Assembly (NCBI GenBank): GCA_951406725.2 | Contig: OX597824.1 | Span: 6,262,001 to 6,326,000, forward strand | Direction of reading: 5' to 3' | Origin: Octopus vulgaris | Taxonomy: Eukaryota | Length of the DNA stretch: 64,000 nucleotides | Shown here: piece after piece, positions 1 through 12,790 of the stretch | Layout: every line of letters begins with the position of its first letter | How positions within the stretch are numbered: position 1 is the stretch's first letter | Notes under the pieces: model-generated | Databases searched by the model: none | Told to the model about the DNA's origin: nothing | What the model saw: only the letters and a program-made list of their open reading frames with translations | Program-made: the position numbers and the translations under genes

Positions 1-33
1 AGAATTTACTCGGTTGGAACAAATGTTTATACC

Positions 34-266
34 TATTTCTTTACTAACCACAAGGAGCTAAACACAGAGAGGACAAACAAGGACAGACAACCGGATTAAC
101 TCGATTATATCGACCCCATTGCGTAACTGGTACTTAATTTATCGATCCCGAAATGATGAAAGGCAAAGTCGACCTCGGCGAAATTTGAACTCAGAAAATA
201 GCGGCAGACGAAATACTGCTAAGCATTTCGCCCGGTGCGCTAACGTTTCTGCCAGCTCGCCGCCTT
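34..266 (-). mobile_element. tRNA-derived SINE family A, full monomer
   Basis: Reverse complement of the recurrent unit ggcggcgagctggcagaaacgttagc...gagttcaaattccgccgaggtcgactttgcctttcatcctttcgg...aaagaaata; B-box-like GAGTTCAAAT; 16-bp TSD aacaaatgtttatacc at 18-33 and 267-282. Confidence 0.9.
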
Positions 267-844
267 AACAAATGTTTATACCACTTCAAAACTGGTGGCG
301 TTTAACCAAGTGGTTTCGTTTTTCCCATTACAGAAGCATATGACGTATATTCCGTGACAGATAACATTTCAACAGGTCTTTCTCTACAATTACTGTGTGA
401 ATAGTTTATTTCTACTGCTTTCAGTTAAAGGGAGGGTTAGAAATATTTTCAATATTCCACGTTCTTTTATTTCTGCAGGAGAAATGACGCTGTACCAACA
501 GCAAAAGGATATGTGCATTTTATGGGGATAGAGCCATAGCTGAGAGGACTGTCTGAAAGTAGTCCGTTAGGTTTAAGCATGAAACTTTTCATCCGAAAGA
601 ACATTCCGGCAGGCCTACAGTCATTGATGATGACTAAATCGAAATGCTAATCAAAATGGATCCCTGTCACACGACACGATGCATTGCAAATGGATTCCAT
701 ACATCTAATACGAATTAGCTTTAAATATCACTTAAACACACTTGACTAAGTAAATTGTTATGTTTGGGTCCTTCATAATTTAACGGAAAAAATTTAATAG
801 GTTACATTTCAGCCTGCGATTCTCTGTTGGGATGTAATAAAAAG

Positions 845-1405
845 CCACCCATTTTTCAAAAGAACGCCTACGTGTGGTGAAAGGTGTTTACACAAATATA
901 GAGTGAAAATGACCAGGAGAAAACGAAACGAACCAGCTTTAATCACCTCAAAACCTGGTTAGTATCTGAAGGAGCTAATGCATCTAGTGTGATTGGTAGG
1001 GTACCGTATGTTACGAATCCTTCCGCAAAATTAGAAGCCGATATCAGAAAGCTATTGTTCCCAGATTGACTGATTAAATATGGCGTCGATGAAAAATGTA
1101 GAGATTTGGCCAACTAGAAGGGTGTCGTCTTCCTTTAGGACAACATGAGACCTCATATTTTCTTGGAGACCGGACTGAAATTCCAACAGCTGGCATGTCC
1201 TACCACGACCACCCTACTCGTGTGACTTTGAAACTTCTGAATACCATTTATTTCGATCCCTACAGAATTCTCTTCAGAGAAAGAACTTCAATTCTTTGGA
1301 AGACTGTAAAAACTACTTAGAGCATTTAATGCCCAGAAGGCTGGAAAGTTCTGGAAGGATGGAATCATGATCCAACGACAGAGATAGCGAAAGTGGAACA
1401 CAATA
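845..1405 (+). pseudogene. Decayed mariner (DD34D-type) transposase, C-terminal half
   Basis: Frameshifted motifs GVVF*DNMRPH, VLPRHPYSCDFETSEYHLFRSLQNSLQRKNFNSLEDCKNYLEHF and KFWKDGIM match the mariner HPPYSPDLAPSDYHLF region. Confidence 0.8.
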
Positions 1406-1759
1406 CATGGGGTGCTCGGAATAAATCCGGCGATTATTTATGTCTCTTTTTTTAGGAACAACTTGACTTTTTGTCGAACAGTCAATGGTGTTGGAGAGCA
1501 TAAGTATTAAATTCATGATTGAGTACAACTTTAATCTTTTATGCTGACATATTGGACTGGAAGCCATTTAAATACTGGAATAAAGTTACCTGCATCATAA
1601 TGATTCCCGTCTGATCGAAATGCCGACAACGTAACTGCTGCTCAATGCTCTGGGAACACTGCAAAGGCTTTACGGCGTAATATATGCAGCTGCAACAGAA
1701 GCTACAAAGCTGAGGCCACCAGGAAAGCACATAGCAGTTGTTCTGACTGCATCTACACG

Positions 1760-2795
1760 CCCAAATTAATCCGACTGCAGGACAAGGTGTTGGAAGATCT
1801 GACTTTGAGGAAAGACATGGGTGTTGTAGTCGCTATCACAAAGCTTACCCTGGATATGGAGCTTTGCTGGCACTTGTGAACGAGGTGAAACGGAATTCCG
1901 ACTCTCAAGGCCATGGAAAGGCAGTGGACGAAATCAAAAATTGTTTCTGAGCAAGCTGAGACATCCTGCTGATCTGGTTCTTTTCTATAAGTCACCAAAT
2001 GATGTTACATTGAAAAACTGTATATTTCTTCCCAAATCTGTCTCTGTCAAACAATCTCAACGATTCTGGTTGTGGATAAAGAAGACTGTGGAAACAAATT
2101 TAGCAATTTTTGGCAAAAAATGTACCCTTTTGCCAAGTTATAACAAAAAGTTAGTGAAATATTTAAAATGTTTACAGTTGGATAGATAGACAAATAGAAC
2201 AAAATAATTTGACAAAAATGTGAATTTTTAATTATTTTCAAAGATTTTACAAGAGCAACAAAACCTTTACAAAAGCAATTATTAAAAAAACAAAAAATAT
2301 TTTAAAATTTAAAAACAATGTCTGCCAGAACCAGTTGCCCAACACAGGACAAGTGGCTTGCCTACAATCGCACGTACCATGAAAACCAAGTTCCCATCGA
2401 ACAGTGTTGCTCTTCGGAAGTGTCTCCTATGAAGGTGACGTCATTGCACACCACGTCTTCGATCAGGAGTTTAGGCTCAATCGAAACGGCTTTGTGAAGC
2501 TGCTGGAGGCTGTGATCAATACCAGCAGGAGATCAATGTTGCTACAAGGCCATATATGTGGTAGCAGAATTTGGCTCCTTGTCATATTTCCGGAAAGAGT
2601 CAGAAGTGGTTGTCGGAGAATTTCTACCACTTCACTAGCCCCAACTTCTGGTCCCCTAATTCCCTCGATTTTAATCCCATGGATTATTATGTTTGGGGCG
2701 CGGTTGAGAAAGACAACAACCCCTCTACCTGTAACACCGGGGCCGAGTTGTTCCCCAAAAGCAAAGAGGTGTTCGAAGATCTTCCCAGCAATAAC
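1760..2795 (+). pseudogene. Decayed maT/DD37D (Bmmar1-like) transposase, split by a ~330-bp AT-rich insertion (~1990-2320)
   Basis: FLSKLRHPADLVLF (1941); MKTKFP..VLLFGSVSYEGDV; W*QN-LAPCHISGKSQKWLSENFYHFTSPNFWSPNSLDFNPM-DYYVWG. I count 37 residues between the second catalytic position (here N) and the third D. Confidence 0.8.
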
Positions 2796-3387
2796 GTATT
2801 CTATCTTTAAAAATAATATTAATTTTAGATTTCATACTGTGCTTCATTTTTATATAGAACAACTTATGAAATTTAGCCCGACCATCCTCTTTATCATTGA
2901 ACACAGTTATGTACAAATAGCTAAATATATTGCATAAGCGTATCACAGAAGTATTCTCAGAGATTGTCATGTTATACACTGGAGTAAGTTAACACGAACA
3001 GAAATGGCGATCAAGGCAAAGGCAACCAGGAAAAAAGTGGCATTAATAGAAATATTAGTCACTAGAAATATTGTTATTATTGTTTTCTCTCAAAGATATG
3101 AAGAAAATATCCAAATATAGAGAATTTACAAATAGAAATATCGAGTGGAAATATCCAGATTTAAAGACCCGGAAGTAGAAGAAACCAAAATAATTTTGTT
3201 TTTTATGAAAACAGAAACCATTTATATAAAACTAAATGCCACAGGGTTGATTAATGCACTTTCAGGTGAATTCATAAAAGTACATAAGTTCACAAATATA
3301 TACTACATTCAAATGGTTGTAATATTAACATTGTATACATATTACACAAAATACCTTACAAAATACCTTGTACAAATTTTTAACATA

Positions 3388-3790
3388 GGCGCAGGAGTGG
3401 CTGTGTGGTAAGTAGCTTGCTTACGAACCACATGGTTCCGGGTTCAGTCCCACTGCGTGGCACCTTGAGCAAGTGTCTTCTACTATAGCCTCGAGCCAAC
3501 CAAAGCCTTGTGAGGAGATTTGGTAGACGGAAACTGAAAGAAGCCCGTCGTATATTTGTATGTGTGTGTGTGTGCGTGTGTGTGTGTGTTTGTATATCTA
3601 TGTTTGTCCCCCCAACATCGCTTGACAACAGATGCTGGTGTGTTTATGTCCCCGTAACTTAGCGGTTCGGCAAAAGAGACCGATAGAATAAGTACTAAGC
3701 TTACAAAGAATAAGTCCCGGGGTCGATTTGCTCGACTAAAGGCAGTGCTCCAGCATGGCCGCAGTCAAATCACTGAAACAAATAAAAAGG
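3388..3790 (+). mobile_element. tRNA-derived SINE family B with internal (TG)n
   Basis: ggcgcaggagtggctgtgtggtaag (A-box-like), ggttcagtccc (B-box-like), internal microsatellite, 3' ccagcatggccgcagtcaaat..ctgaaac; many near-identical copies in the window. Confidence 0.9.
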
Positions 3791-3996
3791 GTAAACGAGA
3801 TACTCGCTTCCCAATCACGAGGCAACGAGTTCATTACAAGTGTGCGGCATCAGGACAAATGTCATTTTCTATCGCTTTGGGTTGATCCATTCGTTGTGAG
3901 GGAAATTGAACTGAACGATGTTGGGTAGATCGTACCCGTAATTTAACACCTACAGCCTTCTCTTTATATTTACCTAATAATATGGATGCAAGGCAA

Positions 3997-4395
3997 GGCG
4001 GCGAGCTGTCAGAATCGTTAGGCACGCCGGTCGGAATGCTTAGCGGTATTTCGTCGGCCGTTACGTTCTAAGTTCAAATTCTGCCGAGGTCGACTTTGCC
4101 TTTCATCCTTTCGCGGTCCATAAATAAAGTACTAGTTACGCACTGGTGACGATGTAATCGACTTAATCCGTTTGTCTGTCCTTGTTTAGCTCCTTCTGGG
4201 TAGTAAAGAAATAGGTATTTCGTCTACCGTTACGTTCTGAGTTCAAATTCCGCCGAGGTCGACTTTGCCTTTCATCCTTTCAGGTTCGATTAAATAAGTA
4301 CCAGTTACGCAGTGGGGTGGATATAATCGACTTAATCCGTTTGTCTGACCTTGTTTGTCCTATCTGTGTTTAGCCCCTTGTGGGTTGTAAAGAAC
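3997..4395 (+). mobile_element. SINE family A dimer
   Basis: Full monomer followed by a 5'-truncated second monomer starting ggtatttcgtct (4214); 14-bp TSD aatatggatgcaag at 3979-3992 and 4398-4411. Confidence 0.9.
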
Positions 4396-5078
4396 CAAAT
4401 ATGGATGCAAGATGTGTCTGTACTCAATTCAAGAGCAATTAATTCTGTTGATCAAGAAAGTGAAACCCCAACACCGAATCGACTGAGATCCACCACTACA
4501 GACCGTAATTTCAATAGAAGAGAAGGTACGGAAACCAAACAGATTACTGCACATACTCAAAGACCTACGGAAATGACTTCGGTAAGTCAGTGAAAACCCG
4601 TAATATAAATTAGATTAATGTATGTTTACATTAACAACATGCTATAACGACTGCCAGAAAAGCTTTCACATTGTAACAGTGTGAGTAAATTGAAAGATAG
4701 AATAAATGGTAAAGTAATATACGGGCATAGACTTAAGAACGGTAAGTTGAAGGCTGTGACTGAATGAGTTTCTTTGTTCTTTTTCATTGGCAGGAAAGGA
4801 ACAGAGACTTTTCAATCAAAACGATTTTGTATGGGTTGAATGTTTTCAATAAGTTTGGGCAAAAGAATAAATCGTATTCATTGTTTCTCGTTACCAGAAT
4901 TTACTCAAGAGAGACTAGATTTAGAGTTGCTGGATTTAGAACTTTCCAGGAGTAGCAGCTATGTCAATAACCTTAACTCTTTCGATAGCCTTGTGGGAAA
5001 AAGTATAAGTAGCGACATCAAGTGGAGGTTTCAATACCTGACAACAGTTACAAAGTACATCACTAAATATTTATTGGA

Positions 5079-5462
5079 AGACGGTGAACTGCCAGAAACG
5101 TTAGCACGCCGGGCGAAATGGCTAACGGTGTTTCGTCTGCGGTTACGTTCTGAGTTCAAATTCCGCCATGGTCGACTGTGCCTTTCATCCTTTCGGGGTC
5201 AATTAAATAAGTACCAGTTACGCACTGGGGATGAAGTATTCGACTTAATCCCTTTGTCTATCCTTGTTTGTACCCTCTTTGTTTAGACCCCTGTGAGCAA
5301 TAAAGAAATAGATATTTCGTCTCTCTTTTACGTTCTGCGCTCAAATTCCACCTATCATCCTTTCGACGTCGATAAATTAAGTACCAGTTGAGTACTGGGT
5401 CGATCTAATCGACTGGCCTCCTCACCAAAAATTTCGAGCCTTGTGCCTAGGGGAGAGAAGAA
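5079..5462 (+). mobile_element. SINE family A dimer, second unit with a variant tail
   Basis: Family A head, junction near 5310; 14-bp TSD taaatatttattgg at 5064-5077 and 5470-5483. Confidence 0.85.
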
Positions 5463-5544
5463 AAAATATTAAATATTTATTGGGACGGGTGTAGATGCGG
5501 GTTTAAAAAAGAAAAAGAGGGGTCACGTAGTTATATTTAGAAAT

Positions 5545-5855
5545 TGCTTTCTACTATATCTCCCGGGGTGACCAATATCTTCTTAGGGAATTTGGTCGAA
5601 AGGAACCGTGTGGAAGCATTTCGTATATATATGCGTATATATGTATATGCTTGTTTCTTTGTCCCCCACCACCGCCTGACCAAACGGTTTGGTCTGTCTA
5701 CCTCCCCCGTAATTTAGTGGCTCGGTACAAGGGCCCAAAAGAACGAGCACTAGTCTTCAAAAACAAGTACTGGATGTCGCCTTGTTTGACTCGAGCATCC
5801 AATTCTGTAGGTCAGCCTGTTGGCAGTCCAGTGACCAATACAAGTAATCCATAAT
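5545..5855 (+). mobile_element. Old degenerate SINE family B
   Basis: Diverged matches to family B body motifs (gatttggtagacggaaactg, gtccccgtaacttagcggttcggc). Confidence 0.6.
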
Positions 5856-5986
5856 CAAACAACAAAAGCTGAAATCTGAGGTTGTAGACCAGTGGGGGCT
5901 GCTTTTCACCACACTGCAGTAATTTTATAAATCCATTACCTTCGAATTCGAATTAATAAATCGTATATATATATATATATATATAT

Positions 5987-6351
5987 GTTCTTTTATCTTT
6001 CAGTCATTTCACTGCGGCTATGGTGGGGCACCGCCTTTAGTCGAACTCGACCCCAAGACGTATTCTTTGTAAGCCTAGTACTTATGATATCGGTCTCTTT
6101 TGCCTAACGGGGACGTAAACACACCACCATCGGTTGTCAAGCGATGGTGGAGAGGGGGACACACGCAGACATATATAAACATACATAAATATACGACCGG
6201 CTTCTTTCTTTTTACCAAATCGAATCACAAAGCTTTGCATGGCTCGAGGCTATAGCAGAAGACACTCGTCCAAGGTGCCAGACAGTGGGACTGAACCCGG
6301 AACCATGCAGTTGAGAAGCAACCTTCTTACCCCACAGCCTCGCTTGCGCCC
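5987..6351 (-). mobile_element. SINE family B
   Basis: Reverse complement of the family B unit from tail (tttcagtcattt) to head (gggactgaacccggaaccatg...gcgcc). Confidence 0.85.
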
Positions 6352-6503
6352 ATATTCATAACTTGTAAGTCGACAAGACTATTTATTAGTTTGATGCCGA
6401 GAGAAACCTCTCAACAATCGTGAAGCCTGCCTCATGGAACGAGCTCTCCTTTCTCCCTTATACATATATGATGCCTTTCATTAATGGCTGGTTCATTGTT
6501 TCT

Positions 6504-6538
<35 letters not shown>

Positions 6539-6541
<3 letters not shown>

Positions 6542-6600
6542 CCTAATACATATATATCATTAGACGCAATTTCATCTACACACACACATATCTATGCATG

Positions 6601-6659
<59 letters not shown>

Positions 6660-6852
6660 ATAATAAATAATATTAGAGAATTAACTGAGGGCGGTTTTTT
6701 AGCCATCTGTTACTGGGTAGTTACAACACCATTTCTATTTTAGTGGCAGTTGAAGGTTGAGGAAGCCAAAACCGAGCACATAATGCATAAGCCTAATACA
6801 TATATATCATTAGACGCAATTTCATCTACACACACACATATCTATGCACATG

Positions 6853-6909
<57 letters not shown>

Positions 6910-7222
6910 ATAATAAATAATATTAGGGTAATAAGTATTACAGAAATTATTATTACCAGTTTAATAATAATTGTGTGTATATTTAAAATCTAAAGGCTAC
7001 CTACTGATGAAGACTGGCCTCAGTAAATATTTTTTTACTGAAATTAGTCAGAAGCCATGGTCTAGGAACTAAATTAGATGGTAAATGTTTTTAATTTTCA
7101 TTCCTTTCGAGAATTTATCCCTAATTAGTGGTTTGAGTTTTATACTGCAATTTCATCTACACACACATACACACACATATCTATGCACAGGCATACATAT
7201 ATATATATATTTATATATATAT
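6539..7222. repeat. Local direct duplication with a third partial copy
   Basis: aagcctaatacatatatatcattagacgcaatttcatctacacacacac...(TA)n aaacataataaataatattag at 6539-6676 and 6789-6926; gcaatttcatctacacacac...tctatgca again from 7147. Confidence 0.9.
7000..7066 (+). ncRNA. Hammerhead ribozyme-like motif (PLE type), A15.1G variant
   Basis: Stem I ccta/tagg; core CTGATGA at 7004-7010; stem II gactgg/ttagtc with inner tcagtaaa/tttactga; GAAG at 7051-7054; palindromic ccatgg; GTC cleavage triplet. Confidence 0.7.
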
Positions 7223-7223
7223 A

Positions 7224-7552
7224 CTGAAGAATATCTCACAGATAATTATGGGATGTACCAATCCACAGAGACAGGCATCTTAAAGAATATGAGGCGAATA
7301 TCTTTGCTAAAGACAATCAGGGAATGAACCTGTTTCTTCATCGAAATATTGATCCCGAAAGATGATAATAAATATCCCAGAAGATAGTGCTTTTCTAAAA
7401 GATACGGCGGAATTATCCAAATATAAATATCTGGAAATAGAGATAACAGAATGTGGGGATTGATAATAGAAATAATCCCTAGAATAACAGATGACATGAA
7501 TGATTAAAACGTATCTAAAACAGCACCGTTGGACACTATCCACATATTACGT
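7224..7552 (+). pseudogene. Non-LTR retrotransposon RLE-endonuclease C-terminal remnant (R4/Dong-like)
   Basis: Disrupted reading WDVPIHRD..K..R.NIFAKD...CFFIE..IPED....KDTAELSKYKYLEIEITECG...LDTIHILR resembles the RPD...(D/E)xK restriction-like domain. Confidence 0.65.
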
Positions 7553-8243
7553 TTACACATTCGGTTCGGTAGGAATCGCAATAGGAAAGGCGAAGGAACA
7601 CTAGAAAACAAACAAGGCTCACACAGCTGTCTTCGGTTGCGAAGAGAAACGGCAATATCAATAAAACCGCAAGAATAGATAATAATGTTTGTATATGCCT
7701 CAAGAGACACGCAATAGCAAAGTTCTGAAGATATAAACGAATAAATTTCTTTTGTGATTGGGATAAAGAAATAAGCATGCGTGCATGTGCGTGCGTGCAT
7801 GTGTGCGTGTGTGCGTGTGTTTCTGTGTGTAGGTGTGTACTTAGTTACATATATGTCTCCCATACATGAAATCATATAAATATGCAATTATACATATGTA
7901 ATGAAAGTACAAAATAGAAAATAACAAATACCCAAGAGGACGTAATATACACACACATATACGACTTCTTACACTCATATGAATTATGAAGTGTGTGTGT
8001 GTGTCATGGTGTGTGTATGTGTTTTTATGTGTGTATGTGTGTGCCTGAGTAAGCATGTTGATCCAATTGCGTTACTAGAAACAGAAATAGCCATTGCCGA
8101 ATAGATTAAATCACCAATTCGATAATTGTTGGGTAATACTGACATTTTTACGATTCCTGTTTGATAATGGCTACTTTTGTTTTCACCAACAGAGCTGAAG
8201 TACTAAACTTCAACACAGGAACACGCGTGCAAACACACACGTA

Positions 8244-8294
<51 letters not shown>

Positions 8295-8587
8295 ACACAC
8301 ACACACAGCCATCTGTATAGGAGACGTAAAAGTTTAATAAATATGAGTTCTATAAAAATGTGATCCTGTAATATTAAATTCTTGTAATATAGAATTCCAC
8401 ACAAAACTCAAGTCATGCATACACACACGCGCAGGCTGGTGCGTGTGTATGCATGTATGATGTATGTATGATGTATGTATGTAATAATTCAGTTTTATTT
8501 CAAGATTTCTTGCTAATAGAGAAAGAACCGGGCTCTAACCTAGAGCCAAGACTTCATTGGAATTTTAATATCAACAGGGTGTGTGTG

Positions 8588-9374
8588 TATGTATGTATGT
8601 ATGTATGTATGTATGTATGTATGTATGTATGTATGTATGTATGCATGCATGTATACGTGCAGATTTGTATGTGTTTTTACGTGTCTTCTCGTGCATATAC
8701 TTACATATTTAGACAGGCTCATATATATTTAATTGATAAATTTCAGGAAAGTTTTACAGATATTTACCGTTCTATCAATGGCTTGAATCTGAGATCTAAT
8801 TAGCTTTCTCTGTTTTGGTTTTGAGAAGCCTAATTTCTCAAGATTGGTTTCCATGTAGTCTTACATATGCTAGAGCCCCAAATAATTACAGGCATAAACC
8901 TGAACTTGCAATCTGGATTGAGTAGCTGTAGATTTCTCAATAGTTCATCGTAGTATGTACGTGCGTATGTATGTATTATATATGTATGTATGTATGTATG
9001 TACGTATGTACGTATGTATGTATGTATGTATGTATGTATGTATGTATGTATGTATGTATGTATGTATGTATGTATGTACGTATGTACGTATGTATGTATG
9101 TATGTATGTATGTATGTATGTATGTATGTATGTATGCATGTATGTATGTATATATGTATGCATGCATGTATGTATGTATGTATGTATGTGTGTGTATGTA
9201 TGTATGTATGCATGCATGTATGTATGTATAGCTGATATCGTAAGAATAATTATTTCCTGGAAGTGGCACTCGATGTACATATATACAATAAATGATAGGA
9301 TGTAAATATTGGTTTCAAAAAACCCATACACACATATATGTGCATGTACATACGTATGTATATGTATGTGTGAG

Positions 9375-9428
<54 letters not shown>

Positions 9429-9450
9429 CATATACATATGCATATATATT

Positions 9451-9508
<58 letters not shown>

Positions 9509-9550
9509 TATGAGTGTGTGTGTGTATACGTGCGCGCGCTATTGTGTGTT

Positions 9551-9560
<10 letters not shown>
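8588..9560. repeat. (TATG)n, (TA)n and (TG)n microsatellite cluster
   Basis: Directly visible; explains the overlapping YVCM/HTYI pseudo-ORFs. Confidence 0.95.
8738..8953 (-). pseudogene. RLE-type non-LTR retrotransposon 3' end remnant
   Basis: YDELLRNLQLLNPDCKFRFMPVII(GA)L...NLEKLGFSK..RKLIRSQIQAIDRTVNICKTFLK resembles the PIIIGALG C-terminus of R4/Dong-like elements. Confidence 0.65.
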
Positions 9561-9592
<32 letters not shown>

Positions 9593-9623
9593 GGTCCGGT
9601 TGATTCGTATACTAATATAGCAG

Positions 9624-9722
9624 AGTAAAATTAATTTATTATATAGAAGGAGCTCTGAAGATTTCTCTTGTGAAACAGTATAGTCCTGTAGAACTCCTTC
9701 TATATAATAAATTAATTTTACT
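9624..9722 (+). ncRNA. Palindromic mini-element with a central HHR-like core
   Basis: Arms agtaaaattaatttattatatagaaggag / ctccttctatataataaattaattttact; spacer holds CTGAAGA (9655-9661), GAAA (9672-9675) and GTC (9683-9685); (TA)n on both sides. Confidence 0.55.
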
Positions 9723-9727
9723 ATATA

Positions 9728-9805
<78 letters not shown>

Positions 9806-10692
9806 TGTTCATGCATGTGACGTGCACGCCTTGTTGACGGGAACCTGATATACAATCCATTTACCATTTTCTGTGTTGCGATAAAATTTCATTACAATTG
9901 CTTCACACTGATAATTTATATTTCCAAACTGTTAAAAGTACAGAGATTTTCTGAATTATATATAAAAATATGAATTTAATAATTCCTGTCTTATCTGTCA
10001 AAAATCATTTTAAATAATAAACCAAAACACAATATTGTCCCAAATGCATAAGCATCATATATTATCTATATCGTCTTACGAACTACGTAAACATTATCGA
10101 ATTTTTTGTAAATATGTGAGTGTTATCTACAAAACCGTAAGAGTGCTATGTGTAGAAATAATCGCAAAACGTGTTCCATTTGCATATTAGAATAGTTTGG
10201 AAGGCATAAACATTGTTTCCTTTTCCAATATGTAGTATATTCTTTCTTATTTCTGGCTTGAAGCATAAAGTTAAAGTGATCATTAATAATTAAATTGACA
10301 AAAATACTTCAACATAGTAGCTACATAGAATCGATCGAGAATTATATACAAGTCCTCTTGGGTAGAGTACACATGACATCACGAATAAATATTTTAAAAA
10401 GTTTTCGTTAATGCCTTGAAGCAGGAGCAACATATTTTGAATAAATATGAAATAAAAGAATGCTTTTATGTCGCCACCATTTTTACCAGAAATAAATAAT
10501 TCAGCGATTATTATAATGAGAGAATTTCCGAAGTAGCTTCTTGGTGAAAATTATTTGAAAATTCAAGGAAACAATGTATACTCTCAAATCTTTATTTATA
10601 TTTTGGTCCACATCTCATTAACTTTAAGAAAATAGTCCGTATCGTTTGTTATTTATGCAATGGATATGAGTTTCAAGAATTGACAGTAGAAT

Positions 10693-10804
10693 TCTTTTCT
10701 ACTCTAGGCACAAGGTCCGAAATGTTTGGAGAGGAGACCAGTCGATTAGATCAACCTCAGTACATAACTGATATTAAATTTATCGACCCCGAAAGGATGA
10801 AAGC
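10693..10804 (-). mobile_element. SINE family A 3' fragment
   Basis: tttatcgaccccgaaaggatgaaag plus the variant tail. Confidence 0.75.
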
Positions 10805-11059
10805 CATTAAACCTATGCTAATGAGATAATTAGTTTTAAATATGCTGATTACTGTCTTCAACCAATCAAACTTTCAGGAATTTCTGATGATGTTTTCCTC
10901 CAAATTCTGCACACACTATGACTCACCTCACTCGTCTATTTTGCCTTCTCTCTCAGTTACTTCTCCTGTCTCCTCTTCAGAGCTGCAACCTCTTCTTTGG
11001 GCATCCCTACTACATAAAATTCTACTAGATTGAAGTAACTATATCTTTGAAACATGAAA

Positions 11060-11467
11060 GCAGCGAGCTGGCAGAAACGTTAGCGGGCGAAATGCTTAGC
11101 GGTATTTCGTCTGCCGTTACGTTCTGAGTTCAAATTCCGCCGAGGTCCACTTTGCCTTTCATCCTTTCGGGGTCGATAGATTAAGTACCAGATACGCACT
11201 GGGGTTGATATAATCGACTTAATCCGTTTGTCTGTTCTTGTTTGTCCCTTCTGTGTTTAGTCCCTTGTGGGAAGTAAAGAAATAGGTATTTCGTCTGCCG
11301 TTACGTTCTGAGTTCAAATTCCGCCGAGGTCGACTTTACCTTTCATCCTTTCGGGGTCGATAAATTAAGTACCAGTTACGCATGGGGTCGATGTAATCGA
11401 CTTAATCCCTTCGTCTGTCTTTGTTTGTCCTCTCTGTGTTTAGCTCCTTGTGGGCAATAAAGAAATA
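11060..11467 (+). mobile_element. SINE family A dimer
   Basis: Junction aaagaaata|ggtatttcgtctgcc near 11285; 17-bp TSD tatatctttgaaacatg at 11040-11056 and 11468-11484. Confidence 0.9.
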
Positions 11468-12628
11468 TATATCTTTGAAACATGTGATGGTTACCTTATA
11501 AGAATTTAGAAACTTCGAAACAACTGAAGGAAAATATTTTTAAGTTGAAACTTGAAGTAGATAAAAACTCTAGATAATATTGGGTTTTAAATATCTGGAT
11601 AAAACAAGTTGAAATTTGATCGTGTTCTGTGAACGTGAGAAACGTACGGATCATTGTACCACAGCAACACTTGGAACGTTCTCTGTCCATTTTAGCAGCT
11701 TTGTTCTTACCGACGAGAATTGTAAGATGAGTTTAATGTGAAGAGTTAGAAACTTCGCGGGAAGTGAAGTGAAATATTTTGTTACGGTGGAACTTGAAGT
11801 CGATAAAGCTATAAACAATAACGAAAGATAAAATTGCTATAAAAATAGCTTAAATGAAAGAAAAGAAATTGGAAGGCTGCCCATTCTACAGCTTTTGTCT
11901 ATCCTAGGGGGGTTTAACATTATATCGTACGCATTTTTATTTATAGCTTTATCTGCTTCGAATCGCAACACAAACAATGTAATTCATGATATGCTTAAGT
12001 GAGGGACCGTTGATGACAATAGATTAATCAACAATATTGAATGAATGAACAATCCCCTCCAACCACTGAAAATGAAGTCGAAGAATCCGATTACTAAATA
12101 GGTATAAGTTAAATGCTAATGGCTGTCAAGAAAGTAACAGACGACATCTCAGGTTAATCAAGGCAACAAGATGGAAAATGGGATTTTTTTTTTCTAATTG
12201 ATCAGAACAGAAAAATGAACGCAGGTGTTTATTTTCGTTTTCTGAGTTCATCTTTGGAAGGATATTCCTACGTCTGATCTCACAGCCACTCAATTATAAA
12301 ATTTCTTGCTTTGTTTGTATTTACTAGAATTGGTAGAAGACTTCTGATGAAATAAATAAACAATTCCAAGTATTAATAAATTTGACACAATATTTCTTCT
12401 GATTTCTTTCTACGCCATTGTTTATACTGTTATTCTTATTAATTTTATAATTCTTCTTGCTATCCTTCGCCTCATTGTGTAGTCCGTTTGTAAAGGTTAG
12501 CATTGTTATATGTTTACTTCTTCCAATTAATTAGCAACGTAGCGCACCTGCCAATTAATTAACCTCTCAGAACAGCATGCATCGGAGTTGGTTTCTCCTA
12601 ATTTAAAGAATACTATTATCATATAGCA

Positions 12629-12643
12629 TTATTATTATTATTA

Positions 12644-12710
<67 letters not shown>

Positions 12711-12731
12711 CATCATCATTAATATCATTAC

Positions 12732-12776
<45 letters not shown>

Positions 12777-12790
12777 TATTATTATCATTA
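12629..12790. repeat. (ATT)n(ATC)n compound microsatellite, followed by a degenerate SINE A (12810-12925)
   Basis: Directly visible; gagttcaaattccgccaaggtc follows. Confidence 0.9.

Noticed and set aside
462-560. Possible splice acceptors (tttatttctgcag at 478; also 30449, 57642 and minus-strand 20824)
   Set aside because: No supported exon, donor pairing or protein similarity. The window could be intronic, but the sequence alone cannot show this.
3380-3628. Recurrent RASFSFRLPN...GTEPGTMW peptide in several ORFs
   Set aside because: Antisense translation of SINE B, not a gene family.
8830-9802. Long ORFs rich in YI/HT/CV/YVCM, here and near 17082, 27030, 29100, 33863, 38151, 40735 and 55008-57272
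   Set aside because: They are translations of (TA)n, (CA)n, (TATG)n and (TAGA)n, which lack stop codons in several frames.
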